From Paecilomyces variotii (Eukaryota): a stretch of 64,000 bases of DNA. The stretch is from NCBI GenBank assembly GCA_004022145.1, contig RCNU01000001.1. One strand, written 5' to 3'. The notes under the pieces are model-generated. The model did not search any database and was not told where the DNA came from. It saw only the letters and a list, made by a program, of their open reading frames with translations. Position numbers and translations under genes: made by a program. Below are positions 35,572-48,435 of this stretch, piece after piece (the stretch's first letter is position 1; every line of letters starts with the position of its first letter).

Positions 35572-37395
35572 ATGACCGACTACGCCAAATGGAAGGTGAC
35601 CGACTTGAAGGCGGAATTGAAGCGTCGCGGCATACCCCAGACAGGGTTGAAGGTCAAGCAGAACTTCATCGACAAACTTCTCGAGGCAGACAGCGCGACG
35701 GCAGACTCTACAGGTGGTGAAGAGAGCGGTGCGCCAGAGCAGGATACCAATCAGCCGACGGAAGAACCGAAACAGGCCCCAACCGTCGAACAAGATCATG
35801 GGGAGATAGAGCAACAGTCGCAGGCTCCTCCCGAGCCAGAATCCGGCAAGAGTCTGGGAGAGGAGACACCGGCGGAGTTAGAGAAAGTCCCGGAAGGAGT
35901 CAAGGAGAATGATGCAGCGACAGAGGTTAAGGAGACCCAGGAGACAGATCAAGACCAGGCGGCATCGCAGCAAGGCCAAGAGACTTCAGAACAGATCGCT
36001 CAACAGAAAGTGCCAGAGGACGCAAAGGGTGGTCTTCAGGAGCAGATGGATGTGGAGCGACCTTCGGAAGAATCAAAAGCACCTCCTGAGGCTACGAGTC
36101 AGCAGTCACTCGATACCGAGAAACCCACATCGACCCCTGTGGAAGAAGTCATTGAAGACATGCGAAAGCGCAAGCGTCGCAGTCCTAGCCCCCATACAGC
36201 TCTGGATCCGGTCGTCCAGAAGAAGGTGAAAGGAAACGATGGAAGCCCCCGTGTTCTTCTGAAGGAGGATGTGGGTGCTGAAAATCTGCCGCAGCGTGCC
36301 GTGGGCGATGCTGGTGATATTGAAATGGATGAAGCTACACCTGATGGAAAATCTACCTCCGAAGAAAAGGGAGAAGTTCGAGCTTCTGAGAAAGAAGGAG
36401 TCGATGAGAGTGAGAGGGCAGCCCCCCCTTCGTCCGAACAGGATGCGGGGTCCAAAGACCAAGCTTCCCATGTCGATCAAGAAAAAGAACGCCAACAATC
36501 ACCTCTTCGAGACATTCCTGCCGATACGGATGAGGATGGAGCTGTCGAGCCTGCTTTGCACCCAGCAACCTCTGCTCTCTACATCCGCAATTTCATGCGC
36601 CCCCTCCAGCCGGCAAATCTCGAGAACTATCTTATCTCCCTGGCCACTCCTCCAACGACATCTCCAAATCCTGATATCATCTTGGACTTCTTCCTGGATT
36701 CGATCAAGACTCATTGCTTCGTCAGCTTCGCTAACATCTCTGCTGCCTCGCGGGTCAGGTCAGCGCTCCATGGCCGAGTCTGGCCCAATGAACGAGACCG
36801 GAAACCATTATGGGTGGACTTCATACCAGAAGAGAAAACCCGCGAGTGGATCAGCATCGAGCAGAGCTCTGAAGGTCGAGGTCGAAGTGGGCCACGCTGG
36901 GAAGTTGTCTACGAGGAGACGAGCAATGGTATTGAGGCTGTTCTCCAGGAAGCACCGTCGCTTACGGCGGCCGCTGGCTCTGGGCGGGCGATGGGGCCGA
37001 ATGTCCCGAAAGCGCCTCTCGGTCCGCGCGGAAGCTTTGCCGATCGGGATCCACGAAGAGGCAGTCAAGCTTCTGCTGAACCCAGAGCTCGCGGTGAGGG
37101 ATTCAAAGCTCTTGATGACTTGTTCAAGTCCACCACGGCGAAGCCCAAGCTCTACTATCTTCCTGTTCCCAAGGAGGTAGCGGCCAGACGTTTGGACAAG
37201 TTCGATGAACTCGCACGTAGGGGACCCTATCCCCGCCCTGGCGGTGACGAGACAAGGCGCATCAGCTTTGAGGACACCGACTTCTTCGTCGATCAAGGAC
37301 CAGAATATGGTGGCCGCAGACGTGGGGGCCGCGGTCGAGGCGGTGGTGGTTATGGAGGCCCTTGGCGAGATAGCTGGAGGGGCCGAGGCCGTTGA
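35572..37395 (+). CDS. Acinus-like protein (SAP domain, RRM, RSB motif)
   Basis: N-terminal SAP (KVTDLKAELKRRGIPQTGLK), RRM ALYIRNFMRPL...IKTHCFVSF...LHGRVWP...LWVDF, and RSB motif LDDLFKSTTAKPKLYYLP. Confidence 0.88.
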   Translation: MTDYAKWKVTDLKAELKRRGIPQTGLKVKQNFIDKLLEADSATADSTGGEESGAPEQDTNQPTEEPKQAPTVEQDHGEIEQQSQAPPEPESGKSLGEETPAELEKVPEGVKENDAATEVKETQETDQDQAASQQGQETSEQIAQQKVPEDAKGGLQEQMDVERPSEESKAPPEATSQQSLDTEKPTSTPVEEVIEDMRKRKRRSPSPHTALDPVVQKKVKGNDGSPRVLLKEDVGAENLPQRAVGDAGDIEMDEATPDGKSTSEEKGEVRASEKEGVDESERAAPPSSEQDAGSKDQASHVDQEKERQQSPLRDIPADTDEDGAVEPALHPATSALYIRNFMRPLQPANLENYLISLATPPTTSPNPDIILDFFLDSIKTHCFVSFANISAASRVRSALHGRVWPNERDRKPLWVDFIPEEKTREWISIEQSSEGRGRSGPRWEVVYEETSNGIEAVLQEAPSLTAAAGSGRAMGPNVPKAPLGPRGSFADRDPRRGSQASAEPRARGEGFKALDDLFKSTTAKPKLYYLPVPKEVAARRLDKFDELARRGPYPRPGGDETRRISFEDTDFFVDQGPEYGGRRRGGRGRGGGGYGGPWRDSWRGRGR

Positions 37396-37910
37396 ATGCA
37401 AACTGTTAGCCGTCTCCGCAACAAGGGAGAGCGTGTTCTGACAAAGATGAAAAGTGCATGGTCATGGTTCCGTTCATGTCGAGAATGCGGGCATTTTCGA
37501 CTAGATATCTATTGTGTGGAATATACCGGCGAACTGTTATGGTTGTGCCTCGCATTTCTGATTGTTTATTGGGCTGGTTTGCGCACATATTGAAAATCCT
37601 GTAGAATAGTTGTAGTATATTAGTTAGAATGTACGATCAAAGCAGCCTAGCAAGCTAAGGATTGAAAAAGCCTCGCATGAACATCCTAGTCATTTTTAGT
37701 AATAAAAATAAATATAAGCGCTTCTTACATTAGAAGCGTGAAAATGTTCTCACATACTTATCGGCGAAAATACATCTTCACCCACTGGGTCCGTACGCCT
37801 CAGGCATCCACCGACCTTATATCCATGCATCTTCCACCCATGCATTCATCTATCCACCCAATAATATAAACTGGCCATCCTTACTCTCTTTACCTTTTAG
37901 ATCTCCAGAA

Positions 37911-39135
37911 ATGTCCTCAGTCATCCGTCCAACTTTATCTGCTACAAGGAACTCTTTATCAAAGTCGTCTCTTCGTCCCGGCGACCTTCTTCAAGGCGCC
38001 CATTGGGACTACCGCGTCATCGACGCTGTCAAAGGAGATAACACGCACACATCCACCGTCTTCAAGGCCAAGGTCATTCCACACAAGGATGGCGCAAATA
38101 CCCCCCTATGGTTGGTTGTGTTGCATCAGCCGTCTCCAAACTGTAAGGCTAAATCTGCCACCTAGGGCTATAATCAAAGCAGCTCCACCTGGCAATGCAA
38201 CTGCCAGGGAGAACCTGGACTGTGAACGTTCTACTTATCACCTTCCTGGTGTCGCCTCGGCCGTGTGCTTCCGGAAAATGTACGATGCCATGATTGACGA
38301 CGGCAGTGATGGCAGTGTAACGTATATCGCTTTGGAATGGCTGGACACCACTCTTGCAGAGGTGAAATACCAGCCTGACATTCTCACCTACGCCCTCATC
38401 AAGACGGTCCTAGAGGCAACGTTAACCAGTTGCGTCGTTCTGGAGGACCAAAAATGTGTGAATACAGGTACAGTACCTGGTCTTAAAGAGTTAGCATTCC
38501 CTAATTAGCCCAGACTATAAACCTGCCAATATCCTGCTTTCTGACGTCGCGAATGGCCGTGTCACTGCCAAAGTGGGAGACTTGGGACTCGGTGAGTAAG
38601 CGCTAATAGACGAGACAGATACCCTTTTTCTAACATGCTTATAGTATTTCCGGCTGGTCATCGTCTCAACGCGCAGCCATACGCCATGCGCGCTCCTGAA
38701 GTTTTCCTAGGCCAGCCGTGCACTGCGCCATCGCAGGTCTGGGCAGTTGCCGCGATGCTGCTTTGCTGGATCAATCCTGGTGTCTTGGGCGCGTGGGACA
38801 GCCCTCATCCTCTCATCAATGAGGCTTGGTGTATGGCAAAGATCAAGCGGCTCTTCCCCGAGTGGAATATTCCAACTCCTAACGAAGTCGAGAGAATTAC
38901 CCTTAAAAATGCCGTCCAATCTGCCAGACGTATCACTGAAGAGGAGCCAGTCATGCAAGCGATATTGCCATTCGAGAAGGAGCCGCAAAAGGTGAAGATA
39001 CCGGAGCAGCTGAGGGAACTTCTTCGTCTCATGTTGGTGGTCAATCCGAGCGAAAGGCCCTCCGCATCATATGTGCTGGCATCGAGGGAGTTCAAGAATT
39101 TGATGCTATGGAATACTCCCCAACCGCAGCAATAA
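37911..39135 (+). CDS. Atypical fungal Ser/Thr protein kinase-like protein
   Basis: Spliced (introns ~38110-38165, 38468-38513, 38592-38644): AIIK, NTDYKPANILL, KVGDLG, QPYAMRAPEV, QVWAVAAML and LVVNPSERPSA. Confidence 0.8.
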
Positions 39136-40412
39136 GGAGATCAAGCGGAAAGGGAAACACGCAAGGAAGAAATCATTTTATCCACCTGGGCCGGCAGTTG
39201 CGGGAAAACGATTGGTATGAGTATAGAAAGCCAATCATTAGAGTTAGCATATGGTCCCAGATGCTGCTTTATGTCTTCTCCTCCGTGAGACTATGCGAGT
39301 ACCTTGAGGGGATTTCTCGCGCGAACTCGGGAAGAGGTTAATACTGCAGAGTCAGTGGCATCTTTCTCGAATCATCGTGATGGCTTTCTGCCAGTCGATC
39401 AAAAAGGAGAACTCCTAGTTGGTCTACCTGGATCTCTAACACATTGAAATGGTGGATCGCTTGCTGATTGCTTTTAATCCAGAATATTAAATTCGGAATC
39501 ATTAAAAATGAGCTGGGGACGAAATGGGAGCTCGGGGGAAGCCCAACGTGAGCCAACGCAAGCAGGCGGGAGTAAGTATGGTGCGCGCTGACGAGATGGA
39601 GGCCTGGGCGCGGGAGCAAAGCGGCGGGAGTCTTGATAAAAAAAAAATGGGCGACCGAGCAGTTGCAATTATTTTCCTCGAAAAAACCATAGATAGTCTA
39701 GTTATTATTAGGTGATTGTTGATCGGAAAGCCAAGACAAGCAAGCTTTGCGAGCAGTTGATGTGAAATGCTTATTTTGGCTGATTGACACAATTTATTGG
39801 ATGTCGAAGTGCCCATTCGTGATCGTCGAAGCTTGTTGGAGGGTAAATAAATAACAAACATAGATACTCAGCTGGGACGAACGGATGGCCCGGATGACCA
39901 TGTGTCCATGATCTACAGAAACAACGCCATGAAGAAAAAAGAAGATGATGGCAAGGCGCACCGTGCACAGCCATCGTCGTCCTTGCAATCTGAAACTTGA
40001 GAGGCCAAAATGGTTTTATATGCGTCGATCGTGGCACCCACCAAGCCCTTCTACTAGTGGAAATGAGGCTCAGCCTCCCTAAGTGACCACCCAAGGTGTT
40101 CCATCACTTGTCTGCAGGCCTTTTTCTGTATCACTCGCTATGCTTGGGTGAAAGCGGTTACTCTTCCCAGCCAGGCCCAGGACTAACAACTCAATCTGGC
40201 CCCTCGCATTCTTTTATTATCAAAGCTGGCTCACGCTGCGTCCTTCGTTTTATTTCTTAAGTGCCCCGTGGTTCCCGAGACCGTTAGGCGCCACCACTCC
40301 CAAACGCGGCTCGCCCTTGTGCCTGACCCGGATAAGATACTGCGACCGCCTCCTTGATATCTTTCTCATCACCTACTCTCGTTTGCCTTTTTCTCTCAGC
40401 ACTCCAGCCAGG

Positions 40413-42437
40413 ATGGGCTGGCCGGTGTGCAATTCAACTCTGGAAGATGAGACAAGTACGTGCGATCCTTTCGATGTAGTGATGGCTGGTTTTTGGCCTT
40501 CGATTCCTGCCTGTCTCACATGAATCACAAAACTGACCAGGGTTCCCGCAACAACAGTCATAGAAGACCCTCTCTGGGAGGGAGGCATGACCTTCCATCG
40601 TATAGGTCTCTACGTATGCGGGGGGTTTGCACTGGTTGCGATCAGTATAGCTCTTGCCCTTGTTATGTGCCACGCCACTCATTACAGCAAGCCGCGAGAA
40701 CAACGGCAGTATGTGCCATCCCTCCGCTGAAACACTTTGAGGAACATGTTGCTCACCCAATGTCTCTCGTGGATTTTAGTATTATTCGTATCCTTCTCAT
40801 GATCCCTATCTACTCGGCCGTCGCTTTCCTTAGCTTCCTTTACTACCGACAGGCTGTTTATTTCGAGGTCCTTGGCGACTGTTATGAGGCCTTCACCATA
40901 TCCTCTTTCTTCGCACTACTATGCCATTATATCGCACCGGACTTGCACAGCCAGAAGGAATATTTTCGAGGAATAAGACCGAAACCATGGCTGTGGCCTA
41001 TGAATTGGTTACAGAAAGTTTGGGGTGGGGAAAATGGAATTTGGAGGACACCGCGAAGTGGCTTGACATGGTTCAATGTGCGTACCGGAAGGAAATAACT
41101 TGCTTGGATAATTATTCGGCTGACATTAAGGATAAGATCATATGGACTGGTATTTTCCAGTATTGTTTAGTTCGGGTCCTCATGACTATCGTCGCCGTTG
41201 CGACGCAGACCGTGGGCCTGTACTGTGAGGAATCATTGAGCCCTGCATTTTCCCACATCTGGGTATGTCGAGGCACTCTATCATCTAGGGTCTGTTTGAA
41301 ACTGACGAGTTTCTAGGTCCTTGTCCTTGAATCCATCTGTGTCTCCATAGCGATGTATTGCTTGGTCCAGTTTTATGTCCAGATCAGACAGGATGTCAAG
41401 CAATACCAGGTGTTTATGAAAATCCTGTCGATAAAGCTCGTTATCTTTCTCTCCTTCTGGCAGACGGTAAGTCTTCTATTTATTCTTTTGTCTGCAGTCA
41501 TAACTTTGAGTAGGATCTAATGCGCAGCTAGACTCTGATCTCCTTTCTCACATCTTCTGGTGCCCTTAAACCTACTCGCCTGGTCCAATCGCAAGATTTG
41601 AAGATCGGTATTCCTAATCTACTTATTTGTATTGAGATGGCCATCTTCTCCGTGATGCACCTGTGGGCTTTCAAGTGGCAACCATACAGGCTGGATTCAC
41701 TCAATGCCAGCGCTGATCCCGAATTCTATGGAGGAAAGGCGCGATATAACGGAGGCTTTATGGGAATTAAGGCGCTGATCGATGCATTCAATCCTTGGGA
41801 TCTCATGAAGGCTATTGGGCGTGGCTTACGCTGGTTGTTTGTTGGCCGCAAGACGAGAATGTTGGATCCCAGCTACCAAAATGATCCCAGCTCTTTTGGC
41901 ATGAAGCCAACGGACGCTTCCGCTCCAGAGACTAGCTTTCCGGGACCGAATGTTACGGCTTATAAAGGACCTGGTGTTGGTCGTGCTGGTAGTGGGAGGT
42001 CGGACCGCTATGGTGGTTCTTCTCCGGATGACGAGGGCGAAGAGCTCCTGCCTAACGCGCAGCCCCAGCCGCAGTCGCATGTCCCACATGGCGAGATAGG
42101 AGTTGCCATGTCATCCTACGATGAGGAGCATCCTCTGCGTACGCACAGCAATTCTTTGAGCTACTCTGTCACCGATTCTCCGGTAGATTCTCGGTCGCAT
42201 TCTCCTCTTCCTTTCCAACCATACCAAGCTTACCATAGTCCTTATCACAACCCATCCACGGCTTCAGAAGATGGACGACAAGGAAACCAGCGATTCTACA
42301 ATTCATACCACCCGCAGGCAGGCACTACAAATGCATACCAGCACAGCGGATTATCGCATCAGGAGGAAATTCCTATGCCCATGCCAGCACCTTATCTTCC
42401 GCCTCCTCTCGATGACTATCATAATCAGCCAAGATGA
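40413..42437 (+). CDS. OSTalpha/TMEM184 (DUF300) family membrane protein
   Basis: HATHYSKPREQR|IIRILLMIPIYS, DCYEAFTISSFF, GIFQY, KILSIKLVIFLSFWQ and LICIEMAIFSVMHLWAF. Multi-exon. Confidence 0.9.
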
Positions 42438-43484
42438 TAATGACATTAAACACTGCGCCGATCTTGTGGCCTGGCAAAAATACTCCAGACTGCCTCAACT
42501 CCTCGTTCACTAGTGATCGAGCCGCTTTATGTTATAATTATGCCTGTTGTGTCTTTATGGTATGCCATCGGATGGTCCTTGAAGGTGTTAGTTTCCTTGG
42601 TTTTTTTCTTGTGGATTTTCATCTCCAAGCATGATTCCCCTGTTCATAGCTCTTGCCTTGGCTTCGGTTTTCCTTTGTTGGGAAAGGGAGCGCACATTCG
42701 ACTCGGTTTCTTTCTCTTTTTGTCTTTTCCCTCAGGTTGGTGTTTGGGATCTCGATTGATTCCCCATTATCGCTTGTTACAGATGGCTTTGTGCTTCTTG
42801 TCTGGCAAACTCGCGTTTCCTTTATCCTTTTTTTTTTTTGCTCTAGGGAAACAAAATTCTGTTTTGTTCCACCGTTCCAGCCCGACGAATAGACCCCTTC
42901 GGACAAAGCGCTGTCTTGAATTGTCATTCCGAGTCGATACCTCTCATGGCATTCAAACTGCCTGTGATAATGACTTGCTGTTATATTCCCCTTTACCTTT
43001 GCCTGCGGCCATCTTATCTCTTGCATTATTTACTTCTTTTTTTAGATTTTGCTTCGGGAAGGCTTATGTACCTAGTAGTACAGTATGGTGCTGGGTTTCG
43101 CCAAAACAGAATGTTGTTTATAATTTTCTTTTGTTCTCTAGCAATCGGTCGTTGATTTGACTCGTAAGAATAAATAGAATAACTTCATAGCGTGCGTTAC
43201 GGAGGCAATACCCATGTTCACTAGCTGTTTAAATCGTTTGCAGTAGTCTTCATTCGTCAGAGCTATTTCGTACGTGGATGCATGTAGTGCCCTTACACAT
43301 CTAAAGTATGGTTTTGATCGGCACCTGGGGCTTTCTGAATACATTTCTTGCACAACGCCAAGACTCCTTTGAACCCAGTAAGTGATTCGTAGAAGGTCGT
43401 AAAAAGTAAAAGGCAGCCCTGCGGCTCAAGGGCCGATTGAAGCAGTAAAAAAGCAAGTACTCTCTCGAATCCAGCGAAAATCTC

Positions 43485-44842
43485 TTAAGAGAGGAACATG
43501 GCGCCCGCAGCAGCACCATTCCGACCCGTAAAGTATTCGTCGTCCAGTCTGCTTTGGAATGCCATTTGTGTCTTCCGCGATGCGTTGGTTTGCTTTGTCG
43601 ACTCGACGATGTTTGACTTGCGTCCCAGCTCACGCATTTCCTTTACGCTGTTTCCGAGCGCCCCTAGAAGAGATACGAGGGCGACGTCGTTACTCTGAGC
43701 AGTCCACTCGGTTGAGAAGGAGTCGTGGTCTTGTGGCGTGACAAGAGAGAGGTGGGAGATGAGGGCGGATACGTTGCGCAGGATTGAATGTGATAGCTGA
43801 GGGGCGGATCCTTCCTTTGACTCTGTGGACGGGAAGTTTTCCAGATATGATGGAGGCAGACTGGAGAGATAGCTCTGTATCACTCCAATGCGCGATTCGA
43901 GCGTCTTTACGGCATTCAAGCGAGTGTTGAGGTTCGCGATTACTGTCATATATTAGCCGTTGTCTTTAAGGATGATGGAATGACATGGATTCCTTACGGT
44001 CTTCATCCTCGGGGGTGAGCGCTGACGTTGTATCAGCAGGCTTCTGCTCACTCTCTGCACCCTTCTTCGTGCTCTTAGGACCCCTCTTTTTCTTCTCTGG
44101 CTGAGGTTGAGGCGCTGCAGCCGCCACTGCTGGAGCCTCTACTGCTGTAGCATTTCCTCCTCCTCGAGCGACGTAATCGACACTGATCATCTCCGCTTCT
44201 CCTGTCTCCACGGAATAGGGCAGCTCTCGGAACCTGATATTCGAGGAGGGCTCCTCCCCGTCAATCTGCATGGCCTTATCGCCCTCCCCAGAAGTGTCGC
44301 CCTCATAGATAGTTTCATAGATCGTAAGTGGTAGCTTGGCTCCAGCAGACGATGAATTCAAAAGGGACGGATGGAAAGCCAGAAACACTGCAGATTCGTT
44401 ATATTCGTTGAGAATCTGACGGTGTATATGGAGGTGTGACGGCTCGGGACCTGAGGGCGGGGTGACCGTAAACCATCCTACAAGGTCAAGAGCTGGGTCC
44501 TTGTGGACATCCTTAACTATAATTACATAGTATCAGCATCGTATCTGATTTTGACAAACGGCATATCGTACATTGCTTAACTCTTTCCTCGAACCATGCT
44601 GTATGCAGTAGTGGCTCTCCGTTCGGTCCATAGATGACATTACACTCGAATGCATGCTCAAGGGTGACTTCACGGCCCTCCTGTTGGCCCAGGAGAGCTC
44701 CAATAATGGGACCTTGCTGCTGTCTTGCCGCATGTCTTGTGATATGATCGGATACTGTGAGGAGAACGAGAGGATGGAGCTGCACGTGCAGCCCTGAATC
44801 TGAGGATTTCGAAGAAATTAGAGGATTATGAGCTTCTGCCAT
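43485..44842 (-). CDS. csnF: COP9 signalosome subunit 6 (MPN- domain)
   Basis: [60 protein letters not shown] and [10 protein letters not shown]. Two introns. Confidence 0.9.
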
Positions 44843-45096
44843 ACTGAACAACCGCTATGAACAGTATCACAAAGGACAGTATAACCGTAGATGAGATGAT
44901 GGTTCTGGGAGTGTACAAGGTTGTAGCGTTGACACCGCGGAGTCTAACGTCCCACCGCGGTGTTTGTTCGGTTTGCACCTCCGAGCTCCCCGCAGCATCA
45001 TCCTGTTATGCCTACTGTTATTGCCTCCTAAGGTTATCCCGTTACAGGGTTACGGCGTCTGATACCTTCTAGGCTCTATTATGCGCGGAGCCAGTC

Positions 45097-47058
45097 ATGT
45101 CTATCCCTCCAACATATAAAACGGTGCTATCGCACCTTGATCAAGTCTTAAGTGACCCATCTGTGCCTCTGGATGCCCCCGCCATCGAGAAATTGAAGGC
45201 CGAGTTTACTCAGAACACTGACCGCCAGGCGGCTGCGACCTTGCTCACACGGATATCACAGCTCCTACCTGTTCTTCAGGAAGATCCTACTCCGCTGACA
45301 ACTTTGGGAATAAAAGCTACAGAATACTTTTCCTTCTCTGATGTCCGTTCGGTTGATCCTCCCGTTAACTTGATCGCGGGGATCAAGGCGCCTTCTCCGC
45401 CGGTCAATCTTCTCGCACTCTCTCTACTGGGAAAGGCCGGGAGAACGCCGAGTGATGCAGCAATAGTAGCTGGAAATTCCGAGCTAGTCTCAGCTCTCGT
45501 GGAGCTCTGGCTGTCCACATCCGCAACTGCCGTCTCTCAGGCGGCCTTCGATGTTTTATGGTCTCTGCTTGAGGTGGATCATGCTAGCCAGCTGGAAGAT
45601 GGTGATCAACAGAATAAGAGAGAAGAAGTTGCTGCTGCTGGCCAGGGTCTTATGTGGCGCAGAGTATTTGGGGATAAGGACGTCTATGGACTTTTCTTCT
45701 CAATATGCGGCCTCGCAGATGCCCTGCAACCAGGCCAGCTGACTAAACGAGAAAGGACAGTGGCACAAGGCAGGCTAATGGACTTTATCGTGAAAGCAGC
45801 CTTATTGCGATGGGATGCAGTGTCAGAATCGCATATAGCAGACATCGAAGCCAAATACAAAAGTTCGAGTCTCTTGCATTTCGCGGCCTGCCGGATGGTT
45901 GATACAGGGGATGTCTTGATGCATATGACTTTGCTGAACTTTTACCGTGAACTTCTCCAAGTCAATGCTCCAGGTCTTGAGGCTAGGAACTATCTCAGTT
46001 CAACGTCAACTGTTTCATCACCTGCACTTGATTTCCTCGAGGCGAACGGGCTGCATTCTACGTTGCTGGGGTACTATTTGAGTGACGGATCGCAGCTGGA
46101 AATTACCGACCTCTTGTATCTTTCCAGTCCCATTATGGCATATGTTGCACAGTATGCACAGATGTATCCAAACCATCTATTGCAGAACTCTCAGGAGACT
46201 CTAGATAAGATTCTAGAGAAGATCAACCGGTCTTTCTCAATCTCATCGGCAGAATGGGCTCATGGGACCGTCCCCACGGGAGATCTTATTATACTATCCT
46301 GTTTGCCTAGAGTGATGCTTGTGGAAGCAGGACGAAGATCTCTAAACCCGCTCTCGGCGCTTCCAACGAATCCACCGAACAAGGAGTGCTACGAGGCCCT
46401 GGCACGAATCTTCCAAGGGCCACCGAAGCCTCAGCAACCGCAATCGGTAGATCTGAGTAACCCGAGCGTGACTCCCACTAACTGGCAAAAAGAGGCTGCG
46501 GCAGCTCGAGTGCTTTACTTCACATATTTGAATAGTCACACTAATATGTGGACCGATGCCACAACAGCCGCTGATATCGTTGCCATGCCGGACGTCGCTT
46601 TGGCTGCCCTTTCCCTTATGAAGGCCGTGATCACAGCGAACTGGCAGCCCCTGTCACAACAGGCCGATAGTGGATCAACTAGCTGTCGCTTTCGATTGCC
46701 AACAGAGGACGAGCTGGGCAGGTTGTCTCCCTCTTCGCAAGGAATACTCCCTTTGACAGGGTTCTGGGCAGTGCTCACTCCACCGGCCTTGACTTCAGTG
46801 CTGCCGTATCTCTTCAAACCGCCACGGTCGTATGCAAATTTTGTTGGAGGGGGCAGAGGAGATACAGAGAGTGCAGTTTGGAGGATTGCCACAGCAAAGT
46901 ATGACGTCCTGGTGTCTCTACACAGTGCTCTCAAGGAGAACAGAGGCCAGATGGAGGGATTCGATGATGTCGTCCGCACACTTGCACAGCGGGTGGCAGA
47001 GGGTCCAGGGGGTCCTATATCACAGGCAGGGAGCAGGGTAGATGCTCTGGAGCTGTAG
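45097..47058 (+). CDS. Conserved alpha-helical fungal protein, probably Hsm3/PSMD5-like proteasome chaperone
   Basis: Intronless 653 aa, Leu-rich and HEAT/ARM-like (LMWRRVFGDKDVY, AQGRLMDFI, DVLMHMTL). The CDS is secure; the Hsm3 identity is tentative. Confidence 0.6.
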   Translation: MSIPPTYKTVLSHLDQVLSDPSVPLDAPAIEKLKAEFTQNTDRQAAATLLTRISQLLPVLQEDPTPLTTLGIKATEYFSFSDVRSVDPPVNLIAGIKAPSPPVNLLALSLLGKAGRTPSDAAIVAGNSELVSALVELWLSTSATAVSQAAFDVLWSLLEVDHASQLEDGDQQNKREEVAAAGQGLMWRRVFGDKDVYGLFFSICGLADALQPGQLTKRERTVAQGRLMDFIVKAALLRWDAVSESHIADIEAKYKSSSLLHFAACRMVDTGDVLMHMTLLNFYRELLQVNAPGLEARNYLSSTSTVSSPALDFLEANGLHSTLLGYYLSDGSQLEITDLLYLSSPIMAYVAQYAQMYPNHLLQNSQETLDKILEKINRSFSISSAEWAHGTVPTGDLIILSCLPRVMLVEAGRRSLNPLSALPTNPPNKECYEALARIFQGPPKPQQPQSVDLSNPSVTPTNWQKEAAAARVLYFTYLNSHTNMWTDATTAADIVAMPDVALAALSLMKAVITANWQPLSQQADSGSTSCRFRLPTEDELGRLSPSSQGILPLTGFWAVLTPPALTSVLPYLFKPPRSYANFVGGGRGDTESAVWRIATAKYDVLVSLHSALKENRGQMEGFDDVVRTLAQRVAEGPGGPISQAGSRVDALEL

Positions 47059-47571
47059 ACTAGATTCTAATGATGACATAGAGAATGTTAGAATGATGTA
47101 CGATCTTGTTCAGAAATCAATACCGCCACGATCAGTAGGTTATCAATTCTTAGACTAGACATGACATCCTATGGATAATATGGAAGGATCTCAACATAAA
47201 TCCTGACGGTACAACTAACTACCTATTATGCGCTTTCAAAACAGTTGCAGATCAATGCTGCTAAAACATGCATCGCTGATCGACGCGGGGTAGCTCTTAG
47301 GTTTTTCGCGCAGAAGCCCTATTTTCCCCTTCCGGCAAGAAGTCAAAGGCGGTGAAATGAAAGCTGCGGGCAACTGTTGATGAAATCGCCGGAACTTTTT
47401 TCTCCGTAGTGTCAAACTGCAAATGGCTTCTTAAAGAAACAACTAAAACTTCAGTTCTTTGTTCATTGCCGCGCATATGTTGGGTCCAAGAAAGACCGCA
47501 TAATCACCCCTGTCTCTCCGATCAGCTCCCGTGACCTCCCTAGCACATTGGTGACACGCGGCCGATAAACC

Positions 47572-48435
47572 ATGTCACGATTCGGCGCAAAGAAGGGCAA
47601 GAAGCTCCCAGGTGCGGAGTTCACCTGGGATACAGAGCCTGGCGGTCAACCGGACACTGCTCCTACGCCTCTTTTTCCAGTAGGTTTATTCTCTTCGCCC
47701 ATTTAGCCGGGCCAGACTGACGCTGCGGCAGAAATACACAGTTCCCCTTGCGAGAATGCTCTCCGCTCGGGAACAGTCACAGGTCAACCTATATCGGGAG
47801 TTGAGAGAACGATTCCATGAAGGCCCGTATTACAGCGTTCTCGGTGGATCAGGCACAGCAGCAAAGAAGGGCAGCGCTGCTCGTGTGCACTTTGACCCTT
47901 TCCATGGGATGCCTTCCTATTCGGAGAAATACCAGAAGAAGAAGCGGACGCTTCCAAGGCTACAGGGAAGACCTTATGGTATGTTCTTTAGTGTGTGGAT
48001 CTTGCACTGGTGTCTGGCCATTCTAACATTTCACGCTTCCCAGTCCTGAAGTTCTTCCCACGAGAGCTCTGGCAGACTATTCAGCCCAGCTATAAACCAG
48101 AGGGCGGTCTTGATGCTTCACAACGCATTGGTCTCAAGCGTGGCTTTGAGGATGAGGAGGATGACGAAGAGGAAATTTCAAAGCGCCGCAAGGCCGACGA
48201 TGATGAAGATGAGACCGAGGAGCGCAGACAGGCGCATGATGAAGATGAGGAAGGCAATGACCTCGATGAAGATGAGGAGAGGGAAGAAGAGATCGTTGAT
48301 GATGATTTCTCTGAGGATGATGATGAAATGGGTGGAGATTACAACGCAGAACAATACTTCGATGGTGGAGAAGACGAAGGTGATGGTGATGGTTTCGCAG
48401 ATGGAGGCGGTGGTGGTGATGAGGACACATATTAA
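47572..48435 (+). CDS. RPC31: RNA polymerase III subunit C31 (RPC7)
   Basis: PTPLFP|KY, FHEGPYY, FFPRELW and an acidic tail with DYNAEQYFDGGE. Two introns. Confidence 0.88.

Noticed and set aside
36269..37180. 303-aa alternative-frame ORF inside the Acinus-like gene
   Set aside because: Non-ATG start, no recognisable domain, and fully nested in a well-supported CDS.
42513..43160. 215-aa hydrophobic ORF after the OSTalpha gene
   Set aside because: Non-ATG start, and the F/L richness comes from T-rich 3' UTR sequence.
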